This document shows, piece by piece, positions 1 through 11,917 of a stretch of 64,000 nt of DNA. This stretch comes from Rhodospirillaceae bacterium (GTDB taxonomy: Bacteria > Pseudomonadota > Alphaproteobacteria > UBA7985), in contig JAYQIC010000009.1 in the NCBI GenBank assembly GCA_038141425.1, forward strand, positions 51,775 through 115,774. The letters are read 5' to 3'. Position numbers and translations under genes: made by a program. Position 1 is the stretch's first letter; every line of letters starts with the position of its first letter. The notes under the pieces are model-generated. The model was not told where the DNA came from. It ran no database searches and was given only the letters and a program-made list of their open reading frames with translations.

Positions 1-98
1 GCGGCGAAGAGGACCTGCAGGCCGCCATGCGACAGGCCGAGGAGCGCGGCATTCGCGCCTTCACCGCGCTGGTGGGCGCCGATACGGCGACGGCCTAA
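1..98 (+). CDS. 3' end of a CDS entering from the left (…GEEDLQAAMRQAEERGIRAFTALVGADTATA*), product unknown
   Basis: Frame 3 is open with host-like codons to TAA at 96-98; converges on the GNAT stop at 102. Confidence 0.5.
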   Translation, partial: GEEDLQAAMRQAEERGIRAFTALVGADTATA

Positions 99-101
99 CT
101 G

Positions 102-674
102 CTAGAGACCGGCTTTGGCCTGCAGCAGAAAGTCTGCGAGGCGCTGCCGCGCGCGCCAGAACGCCGCTGACAGCCCGTAGACCAACATTTTCTGCCGTCC
201 GCGGTAGAAGCTCTGTTCGAGGTTGAAGCCAAGGTCTTCGACCAGCGCCTGACTGGCTTTGTTGTCGTCGCTGAGAACGGCGACGACCCGATCCAGTCGG
301 CCATCTTCGAGGGCAAAGCTGACGATTTCGGTGATGGCTTCCCGGGCATAGCCGCGACCGCGCGCGGCGGGGAGCAGGCTGTATCGCACCGCCAGCCCCA
401 ACCCGTCGGGCCGCAGCATCAGCCCCGCCTCACCGACGAATTCGCCGCTGTCGCGCTCAAACACGCCGAACATGCCCAGACCGCGAGCCTCCCACAGGCC
501 TTCGAAGGTGCGCAGGGTTTCCAGCGCAGCCGCGCGGTCCTGCACGCCCTCGAGCATGCGGTCCATCGCAGCAGGGTCGGTGCGCAGCGCGAGGACCGTA
601 TCCAGATCGGTGGTCCGAAGCGCCCGCAGGCGCAGGCGCGGGGTCTGCAGCGCAAGGGCAGGGGGCAAAGTCAT
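102..674 (-). CDS. GNAT N-acetyltransferase, RimJ/RimL family
   Basis: LQTPRLRLRAL start, FVGEAGL, AARGRGYAREA acetyl-CoA motif, DNKASQALVEDLGF; ATG at 674 lies 10 nt after the pbpC stop. Confidence 0.85.
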   Translation of the reverse strand: MTLPPALALQTPRLRLRALRTTDLDTVLALRTDPAAMDRMLEGVQDRAAALETLRTFEGLWEARGLGMFGVFERDSGEFVGEAGLMLRPDGLGLAVRYSLLPAARGRGYAREAITEIVSFALEDGRLDRVVAVLSDDNKASQALVEDLGFNLEQSFYRGRQKMLVYGLSAAFWRARQRLADFLLQAKAGL

Positions 675-684
675 GGCAATCTGC

Positions 685-2794
685 TTAGCGAAGCGCGGCG
701 AGATTGGCAAAGGTGTCCATGATTTCAACGCGCGCTTCGACCGTGCGGCCGTTGCCGTCAACCACGCTCAGGGTGTAGAAGCCGGGCCCCGCGGGGCGCC
801 ACGTCAGCTGACGGCTGACCGAACGGGCCAGCGGCAGCCCGTCGACGAACAGGCGGAAGGGCCGCTGCCCACCGCTCAGACGCAGGCCCAGCGGCTGCCC
901 CTCGGCCAGCGGGATAGCAGCCTCGTCGGTGGGAAATACAAGCGCGAAGGGGTCGGGATCGTCTGCGTCCAGCCCGGCGAGGTGGCTGAGGGCGGCCGGG
1001 CGGCCATCGAGGATCTCGCGCAAGCTGCCTTCGGGCTGGCGCAAGCGGCGGGGTGCTGTCCAGCCCGGCGAAGGCGCGCAGCAGCACCGGGACTGCATCA
1101 GCCACGCCGACCAGCGAGCCGGTGGGCTGGTTATCGGCCCGCCCCAGCCAGACCGCGATCACGTGCTGTCCGTCGTAACCGATGGCCCAGGCATCGCGGT
1201 GCCGCGCCGAAGTGCCGGTCTTGAAGGCGATCCGTGGCAGGTCTTGGGCAGCGGGGAGAAGCGGTCGCGGGCTGTCGGCGAGGATCGCTGTCACCTGCGC
1301 CGCGCTCCTCGGTCCGACGAAGGGTTGCGGGCTGGTCGCGGCGCACTGCGTCGGGGTTTCGCACAGCGGCCGGACCGCGCCATCGGTGGCAAAGGCGGTG
1401 AACAGCGCGGCGAGGTCTTCCATGCGCAGGCTGACCCCACCCAGCGCCAGCGACAGCCCGACACTGCCCGGCGCGCCCTGATTGGCCGGGTGGATGCCGG
1501 CGCGGTTGAGGGCTTCGAGCGCGCGCTCTGGCCCCAGCGCCTGCAGCAGCGCAACGGCCGGGGGGTTTAAGGACTGCTGCAGCGCGGCGTAGGCCTGCAC
1601 CCGGCCCTGTCGGGAGCGGGAGAAGTTCTCCGGCTGGTAGCCTTCGAAGTTGCGCTGGTCGTCGGGCAGCCAGGTGGCCGGGTGCGCCAGACCTGCCTCG
1701 AAGGCCAGCGCGTAAATTGCTGGCTTGAGCGCCGAGCCGGGTGAGCGGAGCGCACGGCTCAGGTCCAGCCGCGCGCCCTCGCGGTCGTTGAAGTATCCCG
1801 AAGAGCCGACCCGCGCCCGCACGGCCCCGGTTTCGGCGTCGATCACCAGCATCGCGCCGTTGATCGTCCCGGCATAGCGCTCGAGGGCTGAGGCGAGCAG
1901 GGCTTCGAGCGCGATCTGCTTGTCCGCGTGCAGGGTGGTCTGAACCGCGGCATCGTCACTGAAGCCGTCTTCACTGCCGCTTGCTTCCCACAGCCGGTCG
2001 GCCAGCGTTGGTGCGTGGAAGGGCATGGACAGCCGCCGGGTCGGGACCGGTTCGCGTTTGGCGCGGTCGGCTTCTTCGCGGCTCAGAATCTGCTGCTCGA
2101 CCAGCACGTCCAGAACCCGGTTGCGGGCGGCTTCGGCCTGCTGCGGGAAGCGGTCGGGCCGGCGACCGGCGGGGTTCTGGGGCAGGGCGACGAGCAGGGC
2201 ACTTTCCGCCCAGGTCAGCTCGGCTGGCGCCTTGCCAAAGTAGAGCCGCGCGGCAGCAGCAACGCCGTCGATGTTGCCGCCGAAGGGGGCTGTGACGAGG
2301 TAAAGATCGAGAATTTCATGTTTGTTGAAGCGGCGCTCAAGCTGCCACGCGCGCAGGATCTCCAGCACTTTGGCCTGCGGCGTGCGGTCGGGGCGTGGCT
2401 CCAGCAGGCGCGCGGTCTGCATGCTCAGGGTCGATCCACCGGAGACGATGCGCCCGGCGAGGGCCGAGGTCACCACCGCCCGCGCAAGACCCCGGTAGTC
2501 GGCGCCGCCGTGGGCGTAGAACCGCCGATCCTCGAAGGCGAGCAGGGCGCGCAGATATCGCGGGTCCACGTCTGCCACACGAGCGGGCAGGCGCCAGTAC
2601 CCGGCCGGTGAGGTTCCGGCACGCAGCAACCGCCCGTCCGCGTCGAGCAGGGTCGGGCTCAGGTCCAGCGCCCGGGTCAGCGGTGGCGGCAGGGCGCGGT
2701 CTGCGAGCGCGATGGCGAGCAGGAACAGCCCGCCCACAGCGACTGAGAGCCACGCGCGCGCTGCCGCTGGCACTGGAACGGTGAGGCGTCTCAC
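685..2794 (-). CDS. pbpC: Penicillin-binding protein 1C (one frameshift near 1,000-1,050)
   Basis: Transglycosylase AFEDRRFYAHGG and GGSTLSMQTARL; transpeptidase SPGSALKP (SxxK), SLN, KTGT; C-terminal domain (WRPAGPGFYTLSVVDGNG) lies in ORF 685..1098; adjacent to alpha-2-macroglobulin. Confidence 0.92.
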
Positions 2795-2800
2795 CCGCCG

Positions 2801-5800
2801 CTAGTCCAGTCGTCCGGTGCTGCCACGGGCGTGGATCGACGGTCGCATCATGGCCTCGACGTAGGCGCCTGGCTGGACCACGTCGCCCGCCTGCGCCCGG
2901 CGCATGACGTAGTAGAGGGCGAAGGAACCGCGTTCGAGGAAGAAACCGAACAGGACGCGATCGGCCCGGGCTTCGCCGTAGTCATAGTCGGTGGTCTGGA
3001 AGGCGGGCTCACCATCGATCATGCAGACCCCGGGCAGCCACTGGGTGGTCGGGATCAGGTCGCCACGCTCCACCTCGGCTGCGTCTTCGCCCTCCTGCAG
3101 CGGGCAGTCGCCGGGGTCGCTCCATTCCTGCACCACGCTGTCGGGCAGGCCGACCTGCTCGACTTCAAAGCCGGCAGGCAGCAGCTCGGCTGCGATATAA
3201 TCGAGGCTCTGGGCTTCGAATACCGTGCCGAACAGGCTGACCAGCACCCGCTGCCCGGGCGCCGGGTTGGTCACCGGCTGCAGGGTTTCGAGGTCGAACA
3301 TGGTGCGCTGGATCTCCATGCCCTGCGACTGGGGCTGGTCAAGATCCGCAGGCGTGCCCGACTGCCACAGGGTCACCAGCGCGGGTGAACCGCCGGCTTC
3401 ATGGTGTCCCCTTCACGTCCGTCGTTGCTGATCACCAGACCGGCGTCGAGGTCGGCGGGATCGAGCGCCACAGCCGCACCGGCTGCAATCGGCTGGCCGT
3501 TCAGGCTCAGCACCGGCGCAGTGCCGGGCGCAGCATCGGCGTCCAGCCCGTGGGCAAGGCGCAGCGCCCAGGCCCGTTCCTGCGTGCTCAGGTAGGGCCC
3601 ATCCGAGCGCCTTGATCGCGGCGGGAAGGGTCGGGCGATGAAGGCCTCGCCCCCGGGCGTATCGTCCAGCCCGCCTTCGACCAGCATGGCCAGCGCTGCG
3701 AGCTGATCCCGCAGCACGCCGCCATAATCGTAGAGGGTTGTCGGGGCTGCTTCGATCACTGCGCCAGGTAGGTCGAGCAGGCTGGCGAGCAGGGCGTCGC
3801 GGTCGCTGTGGTCACCCACGGCGTGCGCGGCCACCGCCAGCGCAGCCTTGGCGAAATCGTCGCCGGGGTGGAGGATCATCTCGTCGAACAGCAGCCGCTG
3901 GGCGGCCACGTCCGGCCGCTCGGCGCGGGCCAGTATGGCCAGAGCGTAGGCCTCGGTGCGCAGGCTCAGTTCGCCCTCGAAATAGGGGTCTTCGGCCTGC
4001 TCCAGTCCGCGGGCGAGCCGGGCGACGAAGGCCTCGTGCAAAGCCGCCGCGCCGTCGATGCCCTCAGCCTTGGCCAGCCCGAGGAAATCTGCGGCGTAGG
4101 CCTGCAGGAACAGGTCACCGCTGGCGCTACCCGGCCACAGCCCGATGATGCCGTCCAGCCCCTGCCGGTTCTGCAGCGTCACCAGCGCTTCGTTCAGGGC
4201 GACGTCGAGGGTCGCGCGCGCCATCAGGCGGTCACCGCCGAGCAGCAGACCGATGGCGCGGGACGTGGTCTGCTCGGTGCAGCGGAAAGGATAGTCGGCG
4301 AGGGACTGCGCCAGCGGCAGCGGATCAACCCCCAGCCCGGAGACACTCAGCCCCAGACTGGCATGATTGAGCGCGGCAAGCTGGCTGGCGTCGAGGCTCA
4401 GCGTCTCACCCGGTCCGAGCAGGAAGCTGTCGCGGACCAGCGTACGTGGGGCAGCCGGTCGGACTTCGATCGGGAATTCGCGGCGAATGGTCTGCTCGCC
4501 GACGGTCAGGTCGATGATGACTTTAGTGGCGCCGATGACATCGGTCGCACCCAGCCGGAGCGGCACGGGTTGCTGCCCCTTGGCATCGAGGTCGAGGCTC
4601 AGCTTGGTCGATCCGGCGACCAGATCGAGGCCGGCCTCCAGTTCAAGGCTCAGCTCGGCGGTCAGCGCCCGGTCCTGGGTGTTGCTGACCAGCAGGCGCA
4701 CGTCGACTTCGTCACCGGGGGCGAGGAAGCGTGGCAGGAACAGGTCGGCGACCACCGGATCGCGGATCAGAAGGGTCTGTGAACCCACGCCGATCCGGCC
4801 CTGATCGGTCCATACCAGTGTCAGCAGCCTTCCACGCCCGGCAAAATCGGGCAGGTCGAAGGGCAAGCTGCCGCCGCCTACCGCATCGAGCGCCTGAACC
4901 CCGGTGCTCAGGGCCAGTGTCTCCTTGATGCGCGTGGTCAGGCCCATGGCCAGCGACATCTCCGCCATCGGGGCCATCGCGCGCATGGCAAACAGGGCGT
5001 CGTCATAGCCCTGTTCCAGCGCGGCGGCCTTCAGCCCGGAGGAGCTGATCAGCGCGGCAAAGGTATCGCGCAGTTCTGCGGGCAGGTCGAAGGGATCGAG
5101 GAAATGCCCCAGCGGGTCGGGGTCGCGGTAGCCGGTCATACGCAGCACGCCGTCGTCGATGATCCAGCCCAGCGCAAAGGCCTGCTCACCCGGATTGAGC
5201 GGGCTGAGATCGAGGGCGACATTCAGCGGCTGCCGGGGCAGAACTTCGGCGCGGTCTTCGAGGTCGACCGCAACGGCGATCCGATGGTCGCTGTGGTCAA
5301 AGCCGAGGAAGGACGCACCCACGGCGCGCGCGGGCAGGGCATCGACCCCGGTCGCCCCGGCGCTGTAGACCACGGGCAGCAGCCACAGGCCTTCAGCATC
5401 CGGCCAATCCTCGGGGATCCGCGCCTGCAGGCTGTTGCTGCCCTCGGCAATGGCACCCAGATCGATCACGGTTGTCGTGCTGCCGACGAGGTAGAGCTGG
5501 CCGGTCCCGGCGTGCGGGCTGTCGAGGGTCAGGGACAGCGTGTCGCCGGGGCGTGGGGCATCGCCTTCAACCACAATGCCCAGCCGTCCGGGCGCGCGGT
5601 CGACCTGGGGCAGGGCACGCCAACCGGCGTTGAACCGCATCGAGGTTGCCAGCCGTGCCATTGTCCTCGACGACTTCAAGGCGGTAAGCCCCCAGTCCAC
5701 GCGAACATCCAGCGGGGTTTCGCCGGTCAGGTCCAGCGTGCCTTCGGCGACGGGCAGATCGATATAGCTGCTCTCGTAGTTCCAGCGCCCGCCGTCGAAG

Positions 5801-8224
5801 TACCAGCGATAGTCGTAAATCTCGCGGTAGAGCGTCCAGCTTACCGCAGCCTCGGCGGCCTTACCCTCGGCGGTCAGCGCCTGCAGGTCAAAGCGCAACG
5901 CGGCGCCTTCTTCCACCGGCGTTCGGCGTCGAAGGCAGGGCGCAGGCCCAGCAGCACGCGTTCGCCGGCGAGCTTCACGGTTGCAGCCGTGCTCTCCTGC
6001 CGTCCCGCCGCATCGGTCACGACCGCGCGCAGTTCGACCAGCGCCAGCGCGGTCTGGTCGGGCAGGGTAAAGGCAGGGATCTCGAAGCTGACCCGACCCG
6101 TGTCATCCGTGTCTTCAACCAGATCGAAGGGCGCGGCGAATATGAAGTCTTCCTGCGCCAGACCCACGATAAAGCCATCGATCTGCGTCTGTGGCACCAA
6201 CGAGGCCAGGAGGTGGACCGACAGGTCCTGCGCCGGGGCACCGAAGAGGTAGTCGACCTGCACCTCGATACGGTCGCTGCCGTCCAGCTTCAGCGCCGGT
6301 GGATCGACAATCTCGATCTCCACCGAAGGCGGGACAAAGTCGCTGACCGGGAGGGTCAGGCTGCGCAGGGGCGGCAGGTCGGCCGCCAGCGCGAGATCGA
6401 GGGTCCAGCGGCCCTGCCGCGCGCCGAAGGGCAGGGGGATTTCCACCTCAAAACCCCGGCCTGCGTTCGAGGCTGATCTCGAATTCAGCAGTGACTTCAC
6501 CGAAGGGGTTGCGCAGGGTCGCGATCAGGCTGTCGGGGGCGATCATGGCCTGTCCATCCGGACCGCTGCCGACCTGCAGCAACCCGGCGACGCGGGCGGT
6601 CTCGCCCTCGCGATAGGTGCCGCGGTCGGCCTTGACCCAGAGGTCGAGCGCGCTGTCTTTGATCGCGGGCAGACCGCGCGGGGTTTCGATTTCCACTGGT
6701 GTGCGCTCGAGCGCGAGGAAGGCATCGCCCAGCGTCGGATGACTGGCGTAGAGGTAGAGCGGCTGGTTGCCATCGCGGCCACGCAGTTGCGGGGCGCTGA
6801 AAAAGGCCGTTGTTGCCGCTTCGGTTGCTGCTCTGCCCGCCGACGCGGGGGACAGCACGCGGTTGCCGCTGGTGACCATGTCCACGGAGACACCATCGAA
6901 CACCGGCTGGCCGGTGCGGGTGTCGACGGCTGTGATGAACAGGCCTTCGGGGGTTTTCACGGCGGTCAGGCCAAGGTCCGAAACCATCAGCCATTTGATT
7001 TCATCGCCGCTGCGGACATCTGGCGCTCGCGCGGTCAGCAGATAAAGCCCTCGTTCAGCCGGGGTGCCGAGCATGTCCGCCAGTGCCAGCCCGTCCCGCC
7101 GCCGCTCGTGTTCGAGCATGTCGACCCGGACGAGGCCTTCGAACACCGGCACGACGCTGCTGCGGAAGGCATCGCCGCTGCCGCCATAGTCATAATAGGG
7201 GTCATCGCCGACGGTGATCTGCCCCGTTGTCTGCGCCAGCAGGCCCTCGCGCAGCACCTGTTTAATATTGCGCTCATCGAGGTGGTAGAGACCGACCATG
7301 ATCTGCTCGTAGTTCACGGTTTCCAGCGGCACCAGCTGGCTGCCTGAAGCCGGCAGCATGTAGCCCTGACCGGGTAGGGCCACTTCCGGGGTGCGTGCGG
7401 GCGTTTGCAGACTGAGGGTGACGCTCTCCCGCATGCGCTTGCCGCCGGCGCTCTTGAGGCCTTCGCGCACGGTGATGTCGTAGGTCTCGGCAAAACCCGC
7501 GCCGACGATGCACAGCTCCCGGCCATTGCCCTTGACCACGTAGTGTTCGACCGAAGGACGGGGGCTGAGCGTGATCAGCTCGCGGTAGTCGACGCGGTGG
7601 GCCGCCTGCAGCGGACGGGAGAACAGCAGGCACAGCTGGGCGAAATCGCCTTGCTGTGCGGTCCAGCTCTTGGCCGGTCCGAACAGGCTGACTTCGCCGG
7701 TGAGCTCGCGCAACCGCCACTCGAGGTCGTAGCTCAGCGCCTCATCGCCGCTGTTGTCAGCCAGCCGGAGGACGGTCTGCGCCAGATTGATGTCGCGGGG
7801 GCTGTCGAGCAGGTCCAGCGCCTCAACCGCCAGCGCGCGCGCATGATCGGCCCGGCCTGCGTTGCGGGCGACGGCGGCGGCCAGCAGTGCGGCCCGACCA
7901 TCGTGGTCCGCATCCAGCGTCAGGGCCAGCAGCAGCCGATAACCGCTCTCGATGATATTCCAGTCGTAGGTGTCGTAAGGCTGGCTGAACAGCAGGCGGT
8001 AGGTGTTGTTGCTCAGCTGATCTCCGGCACCGGCGAGGTCGAGGAAACTGTAGGCGCCGAGGGTCGAGGCACGGATTGTGTCGAGGTCGTCGCGGTCGCG
8101 CAGCGACTGGGCCGTTGCGGCACCCGTGAGACCAAGGAGAAGACTGGCAGAAAGGATGAATGAGGGAGAGGGAGAGGGAGAGGCCGACAAGGGCGGGGGA
8201 CACGAAGCGAGACAGGGCGGACAA
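2801..8224 (-). CDS. Bacterial alpha-2-macroglobulin, split across four ORFs by indels
   Basis: WLMVSDLGLTA, KADRGTYREGET, VDYLFGAPA, LFLPRFLAPGD, thioester YPFRCTEQ (4270-4281), C-terminal QPGAYVEAMMRP; AAGGAGG RBS before TTG at 8224; signal peptide ending AATA-Q. Confidence 0.92.
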
Positions 8225-8498
8225 AGAGCAGGCCTCCTTAGTCAGAATAGGTCATTGTCAGTAAGGGACTGAAAGCATTCATAATGATGGGCTTTGATTG
8301 AGGCGTCTTAGCGGCAGGACTTGGCAAAATTGCCCCGTTCTGGATGGAAACAAGGCCGGGGTCGGGGCGGTAAAAAGCGACAATTGTACAGGCTGTCTCA
8401 TTGCACCGGCCCGCTGGTCGGCCTAGGGTCTGGCCGTGCTGGACGGAGATCCCGAAAAGGGACCCGGGCACGGACTTAGAAGGAGAGGAGGACGCAGC

Positions 8499-10133
8499 AT
8501 GTCCAACGCAATTCCCGCCGAAATCAATCCGAAGGGCTACGGCCATATTCTCGATATGCTTGAAGACGCCGTGGCGACCTATGGCGATAAGCCTGCCTAC
8601 ACGTCGATCCTGCAAACCTTCACCTACGCCCAGTTCGGGCAGATGGTGGATGATTTCTCCTCTTACCTTGCGAGCCTTGAGGGCCTCGAGCCCGGCGACC
8701 GGGTGATGGTGCAGATGCCGAACCTGATGGCGGCGCCGGTTACCTTCCTATCGATCTGGAAAGCCGGATTTGTGCCGGTGCCTGCGAACCCGCTCTACAC
8801 GGCGCGGGAAATCCGCAACGTCATCGAAGACAGCGGCGCCAAGGCGATCATCGCCTTCCGCTCCGCGACCTTCACCGATGAGACCCTTGCCGGGACCAGC
8901 ATTATCCACCGCGTGGCCGTGGCGCGTACCGATTGCCACCCGGCACCGAAGAAATGGATCGTCGACCTTGCGCTGCAGCTGCGGAAAACGCCGCCGCTGG
9001 GGGACCTGCCCACCGGGGCGGTCGGCTTCCGGGAAGCGATCAAGCGCGGCCGTGGTCTGCCCACGCCCAACGTCGAGCGCGCCTCTGACCAGCTGGCGCT
9101 GCTGCAATACACCGGCGGCACGACCGGGACGCCAAAGGGGGTGATGCTGACCCAGGCCAACATCATCTCCAACGCGATGCAGAACCTCGCCCACGCGCCC
9201 AATTCCTTCGAATACGGCAGTGAGACGATGGTCGGCTGTCTGCCGATGTACCACATCATGCCGCTCTACGCGCACATCCTGCTGCCCTTCGCCATCGGTG
9301 CTCACACGCTGCTGATCGCCGATCCGCGCAACAACGCGACCTTCGTGGCGGCGCTGAAATCGACACCGTTCACGATCTTCGTGGGCATCCATACCCTGTT
9401 CAACAACCTGCTGGGCGACGAGGCCTTCCGCGAGCTGGACTTCTCCAAGCTCAAGTTCTCGACCTCCGGCGGTATGGCACTGCCCAAGGCGACCGCAGAG
9501 CGCTGGCAGGAAGTGACCGGCGCGCCGGTGACCGAGGGCTACGGCCTGTCTGAAACCTCGCCCGTGCTGACCGCAAACCCGCTTGAGGCCATCCAGCTGG
9601 GCACGGTCGGCACCAAACTGCCGCTGACTGAAATCCGGATCATTACCGACGACGGCAAGGAAGCCGGGGTCGAGGAACCCGGCGAGTTGCAGGCCCGCGG
9701 CCCGCAGGTCATGCGCGGTTACTGGAACCGCCCCGACGCCACGGCCGAAGTCATGACCGATGACGGCTTCTTTAAGACCGGCGACGTCGCCGTGATTCAG
9801 GAAGACGGCTACTACCGCATCGTCGACCGCATCAAGGACCTGATCAACGTCTCCGGCTTCAACGTGTTCCCGGCCGAGATCGAGGACGTGCTGGCCGGGC
9901 TCGACGGCTTGCTCGAATGCGGCGTGGTCGGGGTCATGGGCGACAATGACATCGAGCAGGTAAAGGTGTGTGTGGTCCGCGACCCGGATTCCGCTGCGAC
10001 GGTATCGGCCGAGGACGTTGTGGCCTTCGCCAAGGACAACCTCGCCGCCTACAAGGTGCCGAAGATCGTCGAGTTTATTGACGAGTTGCCGAAGTCGGCC
10101 GTGGGCAAGATCCTGCGCCGCGAACTGCGCTGA
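8499..10133 (+). CDS. fadD: Long-chain-fatty-acid--CoA ligase (FadD-like)
   Basis: YTGGTTGTPKG, EGYGLSETSP, FFKTGD, PKSAVGKILRR; AGGAGG RBS before ATG 8499. Confidence 0.85.
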   Translation: MSNAIPAEINPKGYGHILDMLEDAVATYGDKPAYTSILQTFTYAQFGQMVDDFSSYLASLEGLEPGDRVMVQMPNLMAAPVTFLSIWKAGFVPVPANPLYTAREIRNVIEDSGAKAIIAFRSATFTDETLAGTSIIHRVAVARTDCHPAPKKWIVDLALQLRKTPPLGDLPTGAVGFREAIKRGRGLPTPNVERASDQLALLQYTGGTTGTPKGVMLTQANIISNAMQNLAHAPNSFEYGSETMVGCLPMYHIMPLYAHILLPFAIGAHTLLIADPRNNATFVAALKSTPFTIFVGIHTLFNNLLGDEAFRELDFSKLKFSTSGGMALPKATAERWQEVTGAPVTEGYGLSETSPVLTANPLEAIQLGTVGTKLPLTEIRIITDDGKEAGVEEPGELQARGPQVMRGYWNRPDATAEVMTDDGFFKTGDVAVIQEDGYYRIVDRIKDLINVSGFNVFPAEIEDVLAGLDGLLECGVVGVMGDNDIEQVKVCVVRDPDSAATVSAEDVVAFAKDNLAAYKVPKIVEFIDELPKSAVGKILRRELR

Positions 10134-10145
10134 TCCGGGGCCGGC

Positions 10146-11917
10146 GTGGCGACGATTGTCGACCTTGCTGCGTTTCGGGGTGAGCTGCGCCGGCAGGGGC
10201 TGAACGCCTTTCTCGTCCCCATGGACGATGCGCATATGGGCGAGTACTCGCCCGGCTCCGAGCGGCGGATTACCGCGCTCAGCGGGTTTCTGGGCTCGGC
10301 GGGTTTTGCCGTTGTCACCCTCGACAAGGCGCTGATCTGGACCGACTCGCGCTACACCATCGCCATCCGGCTGGAGGTTGACGAGGCGGTCTGGACCATC
10401 GGTGAAATCGAGACCGGCGGCCCGCTCGCCAGTGTGTCGGGCTTTCTGAAGGCCGGTGAGGTCTTGGGCTACGACCCACAGATGCACACCATCGGCGGCG
10501 TGGAGTCCTGGACTCAGGCCGTGGCCAAGGTCAGTGCCAGCCTGAAGCCCGTCAGCAAAAACCCGGTCGATGCCGTCTGGCGCGATCAGCCTGCGCCGCC
10601 CGCCACGCCGGTGGTGCCCCACGGGCTGGAATACAGCGGCCTGGCCAGCGTGGACAAGCGCCGGACCCTCGCCGCTGAGCTGTCGAGGGAAGGGCTGAGC
10701 GCGCAGGTCATCAACCAGCCGGACTCCGTTGCGTGGCTGCTCAACGCGCGCGCCGACGATATCGACGGGCTGCCGGTCCCCGCTCGTTCGCGACCCTGCA
10801 CGCCGACGGCTCGGTCGACTGGTTTATCCAGCCGGAGCGGATCACCGACGCCATGCATCAGGCGCTGGATAATCGCGTGGCGATTTTCCCGCCCGAAGAA
10901 ATGAGCGCAAGGCTGGGACAGCTGAGCGGGTGGGTGGGTCTTGACCGGACCACCTGCAATGCCGCCATCGCCGAGACCCTGCGTGATGCAGGCGTTGAAG
11001 TCGTTGCCAACACCGATCCGGTGGTGCTGCCACGCGCCATCAAAAATGAGACCGAGCAGCAGGGCGCACGCGATGCCCAGCGCCGTGACGCCCGCGCCAT
11101 GATCCGCTTTTCCCGCTGGCTGGCTGAGCATCCGGCGATCGAGCAGGAAAGCGAGCTGTCAGTCGCGGCTGCGCTTTTGGGCTTCCGTGAGCAGAACCCG
11201 GACCCCGTGCCGATGAACGGGATCAGCTTCAACACCATCTCGGCCTTTGCCGGGCACGCCGCAATCGCGCACTACGCGGTCAGTGAAGAAACAAAGCCTG
11301 CCGCTGGCCAAGGTCAGATGCTGTTGGTCGACAGCGGCGGGCAGTATCACAACGGCACCACCGATATCACCCGGGTCTGGGCGATCGGCGGGCAGGCGAC
11401 CGATCGGCAGCGCCGGGATTACTGCCTCACCCTCAAGGGGCATCTGGCACTGGCGCGGCAGGCTTTCCCGACCGGCACCATGGGGCACCATCTGGATGCG
11501 CTGACCCGCCAGTTCATGTGGGCCGAGGGCATCGATTTTCAGCACGGTACCGGCCATGGGATCGGCTCTTATCTCAGCGTGCACGAAGGCCCGCAGGGTA
11601 TCAGCAAAAACCCGGGCAAGGCGGCGCTGCAAGCCGGTATGCTGCTCAGCAACGAGCCCGGCATCTACCGCGAGGGCGAGAGCGGGGTGCGGATCGAGAA
11701 TGTCGAGCTGGTCGTGACCCGCGCCGACGGCTTCCTCGCCTTCGAAACGCTGACGCTGGTGCCCTATGACCGCAATCTGATCGATCTCAGCCTGCTGACG
11801 CCGGAAGAAATCGCACAAATCGACGCCTACCACGCGCGCATTCTGGCCGAGGTCGGCCCGGACCTCGACGGCGCTGACCTCGAACACCTCAGACAGACCA
11901 CGGAACCGCTCGCGTGA
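10146..11917 (+). CDS. pepP: Xaa-Pro aminopeptidase (aminopeptidase P, M24B); frameshift near 10,780
   Basis: N-terminal DAHMGEY…SGFLGSAG…WTDSRY; metal-ligand motifs DSGGQY, TTDITR, HGTGHGIG, HEGPQ, SNEPG, RIEN. Confidence 0.9.

Noticed and set aside
8160-8200. GAGAGG repeats and a G run at the A2M 5' end as a phase-variation switch
   Set aside because: Hexamer units preserve frame and the G run is short; cannot be told apart from sequencing error.
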